A stretch of DNA of 64,000 bases from the human T2T-CHM13v2.0 reference genome, Homo sapiens: NCBI RefSeq assembly GCF_009914755.1, contig NC_060935.1; one strand, given 5' to 3'. The number at the start of each line of letters is the position of its first letter. Position 1 is the stretch's first letter. Below the pieces are notes generated by a model that saw only the letters and a program-made list of their open reading frames with translations, was not told where the DNA came from and did no database searches. Shown here piece after piece: positions 28,660 through 42,674 of the stretch. The translations under genes and the position numbers were made by a program.

Positions 28660-28870
28660 GGGTTTCATTAGTCAGCAATAGAGCAAAGGGTGAAAATTAG
28701 GTCTTGTAAGATCCAGCTGTCAGAAAAATCAGCCAGCTGTGATTCATTAATAGAAGAGAATACATCTGATTGTGCAGTGCAAAACCCAGTTGCTGTTGTT
28801 TAATACGATTCTGTCAGCAAAACCTTCTCAGCTGACAATATTTTTGGAACAGCCATCTGTTTTCGAGGAT
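28660..28870. promoter_or_regulatory. Candidate enhancer: E-box/MEIS motif cluster in unique sequence
   Basis: CAGCTG x3 (28714, 28734, 28829), CATCTG x2 (28763, 28854), CAGTTG (28787), CTGTCA/TGACA x3; motif evidence only. Confidence 0.3.
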
Positions 28871-30069
28871 TACAAATACTTTATCAAAATATTTATGACA
28901 TGTTTTCTCTGAAAGATGATATCTTATCCCTTTCAATAGATTAATGCCTTGAGGGTAACTGCAAAGCTAAGTAGAGAGGAAAAACTTAACTTTAATATTT
29001 ATCTTAGTCAAAAGCAAATCCATGCCCATTTCTTTCTACTGTCATAAGGTTATTAAATTAATATCAACTGAAGTTGGTTTTACTTTTATTCACAGATTTA
29101 AAGCCAGGTTGAATTAAGAGATAGCTTATATATAAAATTCTAATTTGAAGTTCAATTACTTCCTTCCTTTATCAACTGTATGTGCTTATAAAAAATATCT
29201 AAAGTAATGAGCATAATTCTAAATGGAAACTTGGAAATTAGAAGATATGTTTTTAAATTTTCTGGATAATTATTAGTATCCTTATAAATTGAATGATTTT
29301 TTGTTTTTTATAGAAAGTTATATAAAATACATTAATCTTTTTAAAAAAGTTTCTAATATAGTTTAGGAAAAAGCTGCCTTGATCTAAAGTTTTATTTCAT
29401 TTTGGTTTGTTTTGGACTTGAAAAACTATTTTTAATAATTATTTTGGTAATTATAATAAAAAATGAACAGTACACTGTAGATTTTCTCATCATCTTAGGA
29501 AAAGTGAACTTCTAAATATACTAATACATTTCAATGTGCTTTGTCTCAATAAATAGCTTTTTTCAGAACTTGGGTGGAGGTTTTAATATTTCATTTATGT
29601 ATAGCATATATGTAGAAAAAAAAATCTGAATTTCTTTGGGTTGATTTTTCCCTAATATATATTATTTTATTTTGAGAACAGAACACAGAATAAGAAGCAA
29701 TGCCATTCATTGTGAGTCAGATTTGGCTTTAAATAATTAAGTGATTTATTATTTAGATCCTTGTAGTTTTTATTCATTCATTTATTTATTTGTTTATTTG
29801 TTCATTATTTTCCCCATACTTTAGCCCTGAAAAATGTAATGATTTTTCTACTTCTATAAAATCACTTTGAGGATCAAAGTAATTAGTCTTTTTTTTATTG
29901 TAAAATGGAGTATCACTTAAGCCTACGTGTCATGAATAAACATATTGAGAGTTATCCTGCGGCCAACATTATATAAAAATTTGCAATTTGCTAAGAAAAT
30001 GCTGTATTCTGCAAGAAATCAATATTATTGAGTTTAGGTAGCTTACAGTCTAGTGATAAAGGCTGGCAT

Positions 30070-30310
30070 GGATAATTAGAGATAGCATAAATTGAGTTTT
30101 GGATTAGGATATACCTGGTTTGAAAGCCAGCCCTTCTATGTATTGTATCTTGGTTTGAAATAATGTTCCTAAATCTTCTGAAATTTAGTACTACCTATGG
30201 ATAACTAGCATCAAATTAGCATCAACTGTAAAGTGTTAATGCTAGGATTCAATGAGAAAATGGAGATCACCTGTGTATAAAGAAACCCATACAGTAATTG
30301 TCACCTAGAA
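30070..30310. mobile_element. MIR fragment
   Basis: 'ttggattaggatatacctggtttgaaagccagccctt...aggattcaatgagaaaat'. Confidence 0.55.
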
Positions 30311-31660
30311 ATCCAATCAACGTGACTTCCTCATCCTCACAGAGCAAGTCAAATGTGCTAAGTGTTACCAAGGAGTTGCAGACAAAGAGATATTGAAGCA
30401 TAGAGTGAGAAGAGGTTAATTAAATTATAGAAATATAGAAAATTATAATTTGAACTAAATTAACATTAAATGCACATATAATGCTGAAAACACGAGCAGA
30501 GGTGGATTTATATGCAATTCTTCTCCAATTTTGTTTGACCTCAATAAAAGTCTGATTCCATTCTGTTGTATTCAAAAGTGCTACTACTATATGCTTAAGA
30601 GTATCCCACTTTTAGAGAAAAAAGAGGGCCTACTAAGAAAATGGAATTTAAACCCAGTAGGAATGAATGCAATTGAGTTGAAATGATAATTGAGCTGAGT
30701 ATTATTCCATGTGATTGAAGTTGAATTCACTATAATGTACTGTGAGCTGTGCTTTCCTGGGACATTACAATGGCTGGCTAATTTAGTCCAAAAAAAGAAA
30801 AAGAAAAAGAAAGAGAAATTAAATTGGTGTTTTTTCATCTAAAATAAGCAAGAATTTTGAGAAATGTGTTTATAAAATGAATATGGTGTAATATATATGC
30901 AGGAAAAGAGAAAGAAAAGGCCTTTGTCAGCTGATAATTAAAACACAAACAAAAACATAAGCTTAATATAAGTTCAAGTGTATAATATATAAAAATGTAC
31001 TCTAAATAATCAGATTATTACCATCAAGGCATATGTTTATTGATTCTCTTTCTTCATTCCCTCTTCAAGGTTCCCTCTTGTGATGTTCATCTTAAGCTGA
31101 CTTTTTCCAGATACGAATGTTGTGGGTGGCAGCAGAAAAACCCAGCACCTGGGCTCACATAGTGCTTATGCCCAGTCTCAATCTTGATGCACATGCACCC
31201 CGTGTGTACTTCCCCTGTCTGTCTAATATCACTGAGTTTCCTTATAACTTCAGTTCTTAAAAGCTTCATCACCATAACATCAGGAGACATTTGCTTTAGT
31301 GTCAATTCTTGGTTGTGCCATATATAGTCACTGGAAACACAAGTGATCACACAGAAAAAAAAAGATTTCTAAATTAATAAATGAGAAAAGATAATCAGTA
31401 GCTTAGCATCAGTCAAAGTCGCTTTGTGAATGTCATGCATTCCTTATGAAATTTGTGACAGACACATTAGGGTTGTTGGGATTAGACAAGGAAACCTATT
31501 TCTTAGCTATTAGGAGAAGCTGATTTAAGTTTTCTTCTACTGATCTTCAGCAATTCCTGAAAGGTACAGGTACAAGTAAGAATCTGAGATTCTATGAATA
31601 TCATAGGGGAGAGATTATTAACATTTCTGGGAAATGATGACATTGTATTTCTTAATATAA

Positions 31661-31952
<292 letters not shown>

Positions 31953-32348
31953 ATAATATTTATTTTTTATACCCATTAAATTAATACTGTAGATAACGTA
32001 AAACTATAAAACATTTTAAAAAGTTGCCCATCAATTCAACACTTAAAAGAAAAAAAAAAAACTAGTAATATTCCCTTTCAGTTTTTTTCCATGCACACAC
32101 TCACACACAAACACATGCATCTAATCAAGCACATACGTCTAGGTACACATTTATTTCTACACCCATACAAACATTATTTATACTAGATAGGTCATTCAGT
32201 ATCTACAAATTTGTATCTTTTCATTCAGTGTATTATGACCTTTTTTAAATAAATGTGAAAATAATAATTTCAATTAGTTAATCTGACAACTAATTTTTTA
32301 GTGATTATGTGCCAGGTAATTTTGTAGATGGATGAATTTTATCAGTGA

Positions 32349-32665
32349 AACTTGGATGGAACTAGAGGCCATTATTCCAAGTGAAGCAACTCAAGAATGG
32401 AAAACCAAATGCCATATTTTCTCACAAATAGGAGCTCAGCTATGAGGATATAAACACACATAAAGTGTTATAATAGATTTTGGGGACTCGGTGGAGGTGG
32501 GGAATTTGGGGCGGTTGATGGAAAAAATACTACCTATTGGGTAGCGTACACTGCTTGGGAGATGGGTGCACTAAAATCTCAGAATTCACCACTAAACGAC
32601 TTACCCATGTAACTAAAAACCACCCATACCCCAAAAACTACTGAAAATTTTAAAAATTTTAAAAA
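32349..32665 (+). mobile_element. L1PB-type 3' end
   Basis: 'aacttggatggaactagaggccattatt...ctaaaatctcagaattcaccactaaa...aaaaccacccataccccaaaaacta'. Confidence 0.8.
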
Positions 32666-32876
32666 TCATGACAACACTACTCACAAAAGAAGAGGATAAA
32701 GATCCTTGCTCTCATAGAGCTTGTTTTTTTGGAGGCAGAAGATAGGCAATAAATACTTTTAAAAAGTAAAGAATTCAATTACATAGTATAGTAAAAAGAT
32801 GATGAGTGCCATGGATTATATTAAGGAAAAAATATGATATAAATAATTAGTGAATAGGATAGAGAGGTTGTATTTT

Positions 32877-32883
32877 TTTTATT

Positions 32884-32934
<51 letters not shown>

Positions 32935-33018
32935 TGACAGAGTCTTGCTGTGTCGCCTAGGCTGGAGTGCAGTGGTACGATCCCAGCTCACTGCAACGTC
33001 CGTCTCCTGTGTTCAAGT
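32877..33018 (-). mobile_element. 5'-truncated Alu (right-arm end) with (TTTA)n tail
   Basis: 15-bp TSD gagaggttgtatttt at 32862-32876 and 33019-33033. Confidence 0.9.
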
Positions 33019-33299
33019 GAGAGGTTGTATTTTAAGCAGCCTTGCAGGGCTGTCCTCATTGAGAAGGTGAGATTTGACAGATTTGATGGAGGTAAAAAAG
33101 TTAGTGCTGAGGATATCAGAGAAAGGTGAAAGAAAATTTCAGGCAGAGAGAAAAACCAGTGCCTGAACCCTAAGCCTGGTGTGTTCTAGGAGAGAAATGG
33201 AGGCCCTGATGACTGGAGAGAAAGAGAAAAGAGTAGAATCTGGGAATGTCAGGTAGGATGCCCTGTATTATCTCATCAAGACTCGGCTGTTAAGTAAAT

Positions 33300-33600
33300 T
33301 GCAGTGGCTCATCCCTTTGCTCCCAGCATTTTGGGAGGCCAAGGAGAGCGGATCACTTGAGGTCAGGAGTTTGAGACCAGCCTGGGCAACATGGCAAAAC
33401 TCCATCTCTACAGAAAATACAAAAAATTAATCGGGTGTGGTGGTGCATGCCTGTGATCCCAGCTATGCCAGAGGTGGAGGTGGAAGGATCTCTTGAGCCT
33501 GGGTGGTCCAGGCTGCAGTGAGCAGAGATCCCATGCCACTGCACTTCAGCCAGCGTGACAGAGTGAGACACTTGTCTCAAAAAAAAAAAAAAAAAAAAAA
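33300..33600 (+). mobile_element. AluJ (Jb-like)
   Basis: Diverged dimer with AluJ-type right arm (ggaaggatctcttgagcctggg...caggctgcagtgagc) and A22 tail. Confidence 0.9.
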
Positions 33601-33714
33601 TTCAGTGCAGGGCTTTCTATGTGGGTGACCAATGTAGTCATAAAAGGACACCCAGCATTTAGGATGTAATGCTCTATGGTTACATTTTATCTTTGAATTG
33701 TGTTTTGAAAGTGA

Positions 33715-34100
<386 letters not shown>

Positions 34101-34400
34101 CTCAATCTTACTTTCTAGCCCCTATCACTCCAGACCTTACTCAATCTCTCCAACTGGAGACTGATGCTAACTTTTGCTGGAGTAGCAACCTGGTAATATG
34201 GGGATTCCAGCACTCTTCTGTCTTCCTATGGCCCCAGTGGGGTGAGGCAAACACCCCACACTGTCTCAAGGCTGCAACTTTCCCTCTCTGGGCTGACAGC
34301 ACTAGGTGGCAGGTGACTAGATGAGGACCTCTAACTCTACTTTCTACTACTTCCAGGTACATAGAATGTCCAGATAAAGTGATTGAAATTTCTCTGGCAT

Positions 34401-36708
34401 TGTATTTTAGTCCATTTTCACACTGCTGATAAAGACCTACCCTAGACTGGAAAATTCATACAGGAAAAAGGGTCTAATGGACTTAAGTTCCACATGGCTG
34501 GAGAGGCCTCACAATCATGGTGGAAGGCAAAAAGGAGCAAGTCATGTCTTACATGGATGGCAGCAGGCAAAGAGAGAGAAAGTTTTTCCAGGTGAACTCC
34601 TTTATTTAAAACCATCAGACCTCATGGGACTTATTCAGTATTTCGAAAACAGCATGAGAAAGACCCACCCTCATGATCCATTTACTCCCACTGGGTACCT
34701 CCCACAACACATGGGAATTGTGAGAATTAAAATTCAAGATGAGATTTGGGTGGAGACACAGACAAACCATATCATTCCACCCCTGGCTCCTCCCAAATCT
34801 CATGTCCTCACATTTCAAGACCAATCATGCCTTCCCAACAGTTCCCCAAAGTCTTAACTCATTTCAACATTAACTCAAAAGTCCACCATCCAAAGTCTCA
34901 TCTGAGACAAGGCAAGTCCCTTCTACCTATAAGCCTGTAAAATCAAAATCAGGTTAGTTATTTCCTAGATACAATGGGGATACAGGCATTGGGTAAATAC
35001 AGCCATTCCAAATGAGATAAATTGGCCAAAACACAGGGGCTATAGGCCCCATGCAAGTGCAAAATCCAGCAGAGCAGTCAAATACTAAAGCTCCAGAATC
35101 ATGTCCTTTGACTCCATGTCTCACTTCTAGCTCACCTGATGCAAAAGGTGGGTCCCCATGGCCTTGGGCAGCTCTGTCCCTGTGGCTTTGCAGTGTAGAG
35201 CCCCCCTCCTGTCTGCTTTCATGGGCCAGCATTCCATGTGTATGGCTTTTCAGACACATGGTGCAAGCTGTCAGTGGATCTACCATTCTGGGGTCTGGAA
35301 AATGGTGGCCCTCTTCTCACAGCTCCACTAGGTGGTACTCCAGTAGGGACTCTGTGTGGGGGTTCCAACCCCACATTTCCTTTCTGCACTGCCCTAGCAG
35401 AGGTTCTTTGTGAGGGCCCTGCCCCTGCAGCAAACTTCTGCCTGGGCAACTAGGTGTTTTCATACATCGTCTGAAATCTAGGTGGAGGTGCCCAAACCTC
35501 AATTATTGACTTCTGTGCACCTGTTAGGTTAAAACCACTTGAAAGCCGCCAAGACTTTGGGCTTGTACCCTCTGAAGCCCAGCCTGAGCTATACCTTTAC
35601 TCTTTTAGTTAGGGCTGGAGCAGCTAGAACACAGGGCACCAAGTCCCTAGGCTGCACACAGCATGGGGACCCTGGGCCTAGCCCTTGAAGCCATTTTTCT
35701 TCCTAGACCTCTGGACCTGTGATGGGAGGGGCTGCTGTGAAGACCTCTGACATGACCTGGAGACATTTTCCCCATTGTCTTGGAGATTAACATTCAGCTC
35801 CTTGTTACTTACACAAATTTCTGCATCCAACTTGAATTTCTTCTCAGAAATGGGATTTTCATCTCTATTGCATTGTCAGGCTGCACATTTTCTAAACTTT
35901 TGTACTCTGTTTTCCTTTTAAAACTGAATGCCTTTAGCAGCACCCAAGTCACTTCTTGAATGCTTTGCTGGTTAGAAATTTATTTCTCCAGATACCCTAA
36001 ATCATCTCTCTCAAGTTCAAAATTCCACAAATCTCTTGGGCAGGGCCAAAATGCTGCCAGTCTCTTTACCAAAACATAACAAGAGTCACCTTTGCACCAG
36101 TTCCCAACAAGTTCCTCATTTCCATCTGAGACCCTCTCAGCCTGGATGTTATTGTCTATATCACTATCAGCATTTTGGTCAAAGCCATTCAAAAGTCTCT
36201 AGGAAGTTCTAAATTTTCCCACATTTTCCTGTCTTCTTCTTAGCCCTCCAAACTATTCCAACCCCTGCCTGTTACCCAGTTCCAAAGTCACTTTCATATT
36301 TTTGCATATCTACAGCAGCATCCACTCTTGGTACCAATTTACTGTATCAGTCTGTTTTCATGCTGTTGATAAAGACATACCCAAGACTCGGTAATTTATA
36401 CAGGGGAAAGGGTTTGATGGACTTATAGTTCCACGTGGCTGGGGGGGCCTCACAATCATGGCAGAAAGCAAGGGGAGCAAGTCATGTCTTACATGGATGG
36501 CAGCAGGCAAAAAAAGAGTTGGTGCATGGGAACTCCCCTTTAAAACCATCAGATCTCATGAGACTTATTCACTATTGGGAGAACAGCATGAGAAAGACCC
36601 ACCCCCATGATTCAATTACCTCCTGCTGGGTCCTTCCCACAATAAGTGGGAATTGTGGGAGTTACAATCAAGATGAGATTTGGGTGGAGACACAGCCAAA
36701 TCATATCA
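34401..36708 (-). mobile_element. Complete THE1B-like MaLR provirus (LTR-int-LTR)
   Basis: LTRs at 34401-34774 and 36343-36708 (tgta...atatca), ~1.57-kb THE1-int between them ('ttccacccctggctcctcccaaatctcatg...cttggtaccaatttac'). Confidence 0.93.
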
Positions 36709-37363
36709 GGTTGCCTGTCTGTTGGGAGTTAGGATGGAGGACCTGTCAGGAGGGGAGATTAAGTTCTCTGCCCACAGTGGAGGACCAGTATTTTTATCTT
36801 ATGCCAACCACCTCAAATTATAGAGCTAGACTTGGGAGAAGAATATTGAACAGAAGAATAAAATTATGATCCTCAACATTTTAAATAGTTACTTTTTAAT
36901 ATGTTGATAATAAGCTATACAAAGACTGGTAGATGCTAGGAAGGAGAGGCTACCATATTATCCCAGTGGGAGATGAGAGTGTCTCAGGTTAAGCTGGTGC
37001 CAGTATAGATGGTGAGGAATGGTACAAACCTACATTTACTGGAAAAGAGATAAAATATGATCACCTGGTACATAGGACATGGAATATAAATGACACGAGT
37101 GTCAACAATAGTTCAGGTTTTTGGCCTGAGCTACTGAAATAATTGAGTTACTATAAGCTGATATGGAGAAGGCTGAGGGCAGATCAGGTTTGGGAGTGGA
37201 GAGATGAGGAGTTCAATCTTTTTCATGTTTACCATGTTATTATGTGGACAATCAAATTATAGGGTAAATAGTTATATAAACAGGCATGTAGCTAGCTCTG
37301 AAGAGGTAGTCTAGGTTGAAGTTGTCAATTTGTAGTTTCAATTTATACAGCTTTAATGCCATG

Positions 37364-37715
37364 TGTATTAGTCCATTTTCATGCTGCTTATAAATACATA
37401 CCCAAGATTGGGTAATTTATAAAGGAAAAGAGGTTTAACGGACTCACATTTCCATGTGGCTGGGGAAGCCTCACAATCATGGTGGAAGGTGAAAGCCATG
37501 TTTTATATGGTGGCAGCAAGAGAGAATGAGAAAGGGGAAACACCTTATTAAAAACATCAGATCTCATGAAAATTATTCATAACCGTGAGAAAAGTATGAG
37601 GGAAATTCCCCCATGATTCAATTATCTCCCAGTAGGTCCATCCCATAACATGTGGGAATTATGGGAGCTACAATTCAAGATGAGATTTGGGTGGGGACAC
37701 AGCCAAACTATATCA
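37364..37715 (-). mobile_element. THE1B-like solo LTR
   Basis: tgtattagtccattttcatgctgc...cacagccaaactatatca; near-TSD ccatg/ccttg. Confidence 0.92.
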
Positions 37716-39489
37716 CCTTGGTACCCAAGTGAAGTCATTGAAGTGGGGGTGTAGGAAGAGAAGAGAAAAGAACCAAGGACTTATCTCCTTGCTTCCATAT
37801 TAGGAGTAAACAAGTAGAAGAGTCTAATCTAGCAGTGAACCATTTACATAGACCTTAAGACTGAAAAGGAGTAGCCCATGAAGTAAAAGGAATTCAACAA
37901 ATGTGCTGTTAATGGAGCCAATGAAAGAAAGTTTAATAAGATGCATAAACTGTGCCAAAAGTTACCAAAAAGTCAAATAAAATAAGAACTAGACAATGAC
38001 TGTAAAATGGCACTGCCTGGCTAAAACTTTTATAAGTAATCTATTTCCCAGTTACTGGTCTTTTAATTTTTGAAAAAAATTTCCTATTGAAAACAAGGCT
38101 GCAGCAATTATATATAGAAGCAATAGCTCTATATTTTTTCCTAATTGGAGCTATTTGTGCATTGCATAATTGATTATAAAAATTGAAAGATAGAAATATT
38201 TTACCGCAGAAATATTTATATATACGTGTTCAACAAGCTTTTCAAAAGACAAATATAGCAGAATATAGCAGAAACCCTGACTATTTGTACAGGTAGTCTA
38301 CATGCATAAATACATATATTTAGTATCGTATGATCTGCAAGATTTTCCCAATATATCTGAAAAGTCAATGTGGTCTCAGTCAATTTAACATTTTTTTTTA
38401 ATGGAAATTGACAAGCGGATCTAAAAGTCAGTTTGGGGTAAATATTACATCTGAGATTATTCAAAACATTTTGAAAAAAAGCATCTTTTGGGGGAAAATA
38501 TGTAAAGGTACTAGGGGGTTAATAATTAAAAGAATGTCATATTGTTATATAAATGGAAAACGGTAGAAATGGTATTGCAACTATCACTAAGCATTTGAAG
38601 AGTGGGAGGAGAAGATATAGCTACCTCTCATTATGCACACATACAGGTGCACATACACATGCACACTTAGCTTTACATTATTCTCACACGTAGATCAGTA
38701 GGCTGAAAAAACCATTAAAAGTATTATAAAATTTAAAAGACCACATTTTAAATACTGGTTTAGGAATAAATTTTTAAACAAATATCAAAAAAGAATTATT
38801 AAACACTCAATGAAATTGATAAATACCTACAAATGCTATTAGTAGAACAGAAATAGAGGATTCAAATAAATAAATAGAAATAATCCTTTAATAAATAAAT
38901 AATAAAATCTAAAGAGTTACAAGGTACTAAAGAAATCCTCATCAAAATCTTTTCAGTCAACGGTTGGTATAAAACTGTAAAATTTACACATTATAATATG
39001 GATGGATCTTACAAAAACTACTGTGCTAAGTGAAACCATTAAACAGAATTAGGTATATGAGACAATACCCTTTCCATACAATAAAAATTTAATATTAAAA
39101 TTCAAAGTAAAAATTATTATACTGCTTTTAATTCAGCAGTATATGTTTTAAATAATATGAATAAATATAAGGGTGCTTTAAACACATGAAGTCATTGTCA
39201 ATGTTGATAGAATGTAATAAGAGTGGAAATCTGAATTATAAAGAAAAGAATACATTTGTGAACAAATAAATAAAGAGGCCTTACATAGGTTAATATACTT
39301 AAATAGATCAAATACTAGAGTATGGGTGAGGAACATTACTAATCATTTGTACCTAGGCTTTAATTTTTAAAAAGTACACTTGAGTAATAAACACATAAAA
39401 TAATTCCTGATATCATTAGTATTCTACAAAAACAAATTAAAATAGAGAATATTGGTAAAAAAAATAGGAAAATAGGGAACATATATCTA

Positions 39490-39710
39490 TAATTTTAGTT
39501 ATTATGAATACATAATAGTTGTACATATTTGTGGAGTACGTGTGATATTTTTATACAAGAATACAATGTGTAATGATCAAATCCAGGTAATTGGTATATA
39601 CATCTCCTCTAGCATTTATGATTACTTTGTATTATAAACATTCTAATTCCACTATTTCAGTTATTTTGAAATATACATTATTGGTAATTATAGTCATCCT
39701 ATATTTTAAC
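39490..39710 (-). mobile_element. L1MA-type 3' end
   Basis: 'atacataatagttgtacatatttgtggagtacgtgtgatatttt...aatgatcaaatccaggtaattgg'. Confidence 0.75.
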
Positions 39711-39914
39711 TAACAGTTTGGCCACTCATGCACACATGAAAATAGAATGTTTATAGCCAGAAAATTGTTTGTTAAAATAGGAGTCTTGCAATGTCTACAG
39801 AGTGTAAATGAGTTCAAACATTGTGGTTATGTATAAAATTTTTATAAATTTGAATAATATATTTTTATATAAAAAAGTTAACAAAGGTAATAATTATCAG
39901 TTGTTATATGGTTT

Positions 39915-40130
39915 TTTGTGTGTATATATTTATTTTATATATATTTTATTATTTATATATTCATATATTTATGTATAACTTTTATATTATATATTATATA
40001 TAAAACATTTTATATATAATATATAATATATTAACTAATATATAATTATATATTGACCTATATGTAATTATATTACATATATTTTATCCCATATATATTT
40101 TATAATATATAATATATATTTATATATATT
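39915..40130. repeat. (TA)n-rich low-complexity tract
   Basis: ~215 bp nearly all A/T. Confidence 0.9.
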
Positions 40131-40410
40131 TGCCTAGGGGAGGTTCCCAGGAATGTCCATATGCAAAGGCTGATCAATGCTGGAAAAAAGGCCTGACTAT
40201 AATAGCTCACCTGGGGACAATTGTAAAGGACTCTTCTAGCTTGAGAGCCCCTGTGGGGTTACTCGTTACTCGTGGATGTTTACAGACTGACAGCATTTGC
40301 AGCTCACCTTCTTACTGCCCAATCCTGCTGTCTGCACTTCCCTTTCAACTAACATCTCAGGAATACTTAATACATGTCTAGCAATGCCAAGTTTCAGTTT
40401 AGAATAAGAC
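40131..40410 (+). mobile_element. ERVL LTR16-like fragment
   Basis: 'ggctgatcaatgctgg...ggggacaattgtaaagg...gagcccctgtggggtt...ctgcccaatcctgct'. Confidence 0.5.
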
Positions 40411-40478
40411 TCCAAGTATTTTTTAAAATATCTGTTCCTGGTATCAAATATGCTATGTGCATCTATTTGGTATGCATA

Positions 40479-40481
<3 letters not shown>

Positions 40482-40509
<28 letters not shown>

Positions 40510-40523
40510 GTGTGTGTGTGTGT
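40482..40523 (+). repeat. (TG)n microsatellite
   Basis: About 20 TG units with one interruption. Confidence 0.95.
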
Positions 40524-41094
40524 ATTCTTTAAGGCTCTTGATAAATAATCTCAAATGGTTATGCCATTGTAAACTTTCCAGTGTTTTTAAAAGAGTGCCT
40601 ACTTCATAGTACTTTGAAATAAAGCTCAGAGTTTCAGGGTTTAACATGTTTTGGATTCCAGCTTTGCCAGTTTGACATGTAAAGGACAGAATCTCAACAT
40701 CTCATAACATTTTGTTTAAATTTTCTTGAATTTCTAAAGTTGTTGAGATTGTCATTTATTTAACAGTCTTTTAAATTATATTGGTTGTCTATTCGCTTTG
40801 ATAGTTTCTGTTGCTTATTTACTGTTTTTGTTTAGTTCTTTTGTATTGAACATATATATTGCTTTAACTTCAGATACCAGATACTAGGACGCTGGAAAGG
40901 AAAGACGCTTCCAACAGTAGTGGTTCACAAGAAAAGGAATATGTGGCTTCTCTTCAGTCTGCCACACACATTTGAATTCTATTGCTTTTTTTCTCTATAA
41001 GCAAAACCTTTTCAAATAATCTCTCCAAATTTATGAATTAGGTGGACTCTGCACCCAAAACGCTAGAAAGCACAAAGGAATGCATATCAAAATA

Positions 41095-41780
41095 AGCATA
41101 CAGCCATGTTGGAAGACAATTTGGGAGTTTCTTACAAAGGTTAACTCAGTCTTACCATGTCACCCAGCAATCACTCTCCTAAATGTTTGCACAAATAAAC
41201 TGAAAGCTTACATCATACAAAAACTTGCACATTTGTGTTTATAGCCACTTTATTTGCAATTGCAAAAAAAATTAGCAGCAACCAAGATTTCCTTTAATAG
41301 ATGAATGAGTAAATAGTTTGAAGATATTCTAAAACAGTTGAATAGGGAAATAAAAATTAGACAAGCCACAGACCCTCAGACTTATATAGACTCACACAAT
41401 GGAAAATTAAAAGAAATGAACAGTCAAGCTATAGAAATACATGGAGGCACTTACAACACATATTGTTAAGGGAAAGAAAGCAGTGCCAGAAGGCCACATA
41501 CTGTATAATTTTAACTATCTGACATTCTGCAAAAGGCAAAACTATAAAGACAGTAGAAAAATCACTGATTCTCAGGGAGTAATGAAGTAGGGGATAAGTA
41601 GATAGAGCACAAGAGATTTTAAAGACCATGAAACTATTCTGTTTGATGCTGTTATAGTAGATATGGGACTTTATGCATCTGTGTCAAAACCCATGTAACT
41701 GTACAGCTACAAGAGGGAACTACAAAGTAAACTATAGATATTAATAATAATACATCTATATTGGTTTTAAAATAATAATA
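41095..41780 (+). mobile_element. L1MC1/2-like 3' region
   Basis: 'cacccagcaatcactctccta...gacattctgcaaaaggcaaaactata...gtcaaaacccat'. Confidence 0.7.
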
Positions 41781-42674
41781 CAATTGAGGAAAAAACATTT
41801 TAATATGAGTAATAAAATTATTTAATTGTTCTCATACAAGCAAAATAGAGAAAAACAGGATGGCAGATGGGGAATATCAATAAGAAAGATAATAAAATGA
41901 AAAAGAAGAAAATTGTGACCATACATTCAAAGAAGAAAGAAACATAATAAATTAACTACACAGAAATGCAAATGCTCAAAGAGAAAATAAAATAGCTCAA
42001 GGAAATTATGATAAGTCTATATAAAGAAATGAAACCTGAATCCTCAAAGCTCAGGAAACACCTGGGAGAAAGAAATGAAACTAACATAAAAATATGGTTA
42101 AACTTGGAAAAGGTATAAGGCAGAATAAATCCAAGACAACCAAAGGTATGTCATATATATACATACATATGTATGTATGTAAACATATATTACATGCATA
42201 TGTATGTATACATATATTACATATACTTATTTATATGTGACATAACTTTGTCTTGTGTATACACACACATACATATAAATACATATATGTAAGATTTATG
42301 GGAAAAAATAAAACATGTTTTTAAAAATATCATACATACAAATAAAAAAAGAGGACTTCAATACACAAATTGAAAAGCATAGTTTGTCTGACAAAATATT
42401 GATTCGGAATTGACTACAAAATGATAAGTCCCCAAATTTCAAAACAGTTAAGAGTGGAAAAGATTAGGCTGGTTTCAGACTTATTCACAATACTATAACG
42501 ATGTTTATGATACAAGCAATAAATACCTACAAAATTTTCAGGGAAACAAAGAGATATATAATGGAAAAAAAAGTTGACATATAAAGACAGAGGAAAAATT
42601 GTTTACATGAGAAATTTCTTAGGAATTTGCTAAATTTGTCTTACCAAGATATAAAATAAAAATAAAGGTAGACA

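Larger units (their letters stand above)
32270..33290 (-). mobile_element. L2 fragments (host for nested L1PB and Alu; continues at ~36900-38010)
   Basis: 'attatgtgccagg', 'ccttgctctcatagagcttg', 'ctcattgagaaggtgagattt', 'ttcaggcagagagaaaaacc' are L2-like. Confidence 0.55.

Noticed and set aside
31040-31340. Possible exon after ctgactttttccag (~31110)
   Set aside because: Acceptor-like motif only; no matching donor or recognisable ORF
34477-36869. ORFs of 110-144 aa in the THE1 region
   Set aside because: Read-through of THE1 LTR and internal sequence; the similar peptides at 34477 and 36435 merely reflect the two LTRs
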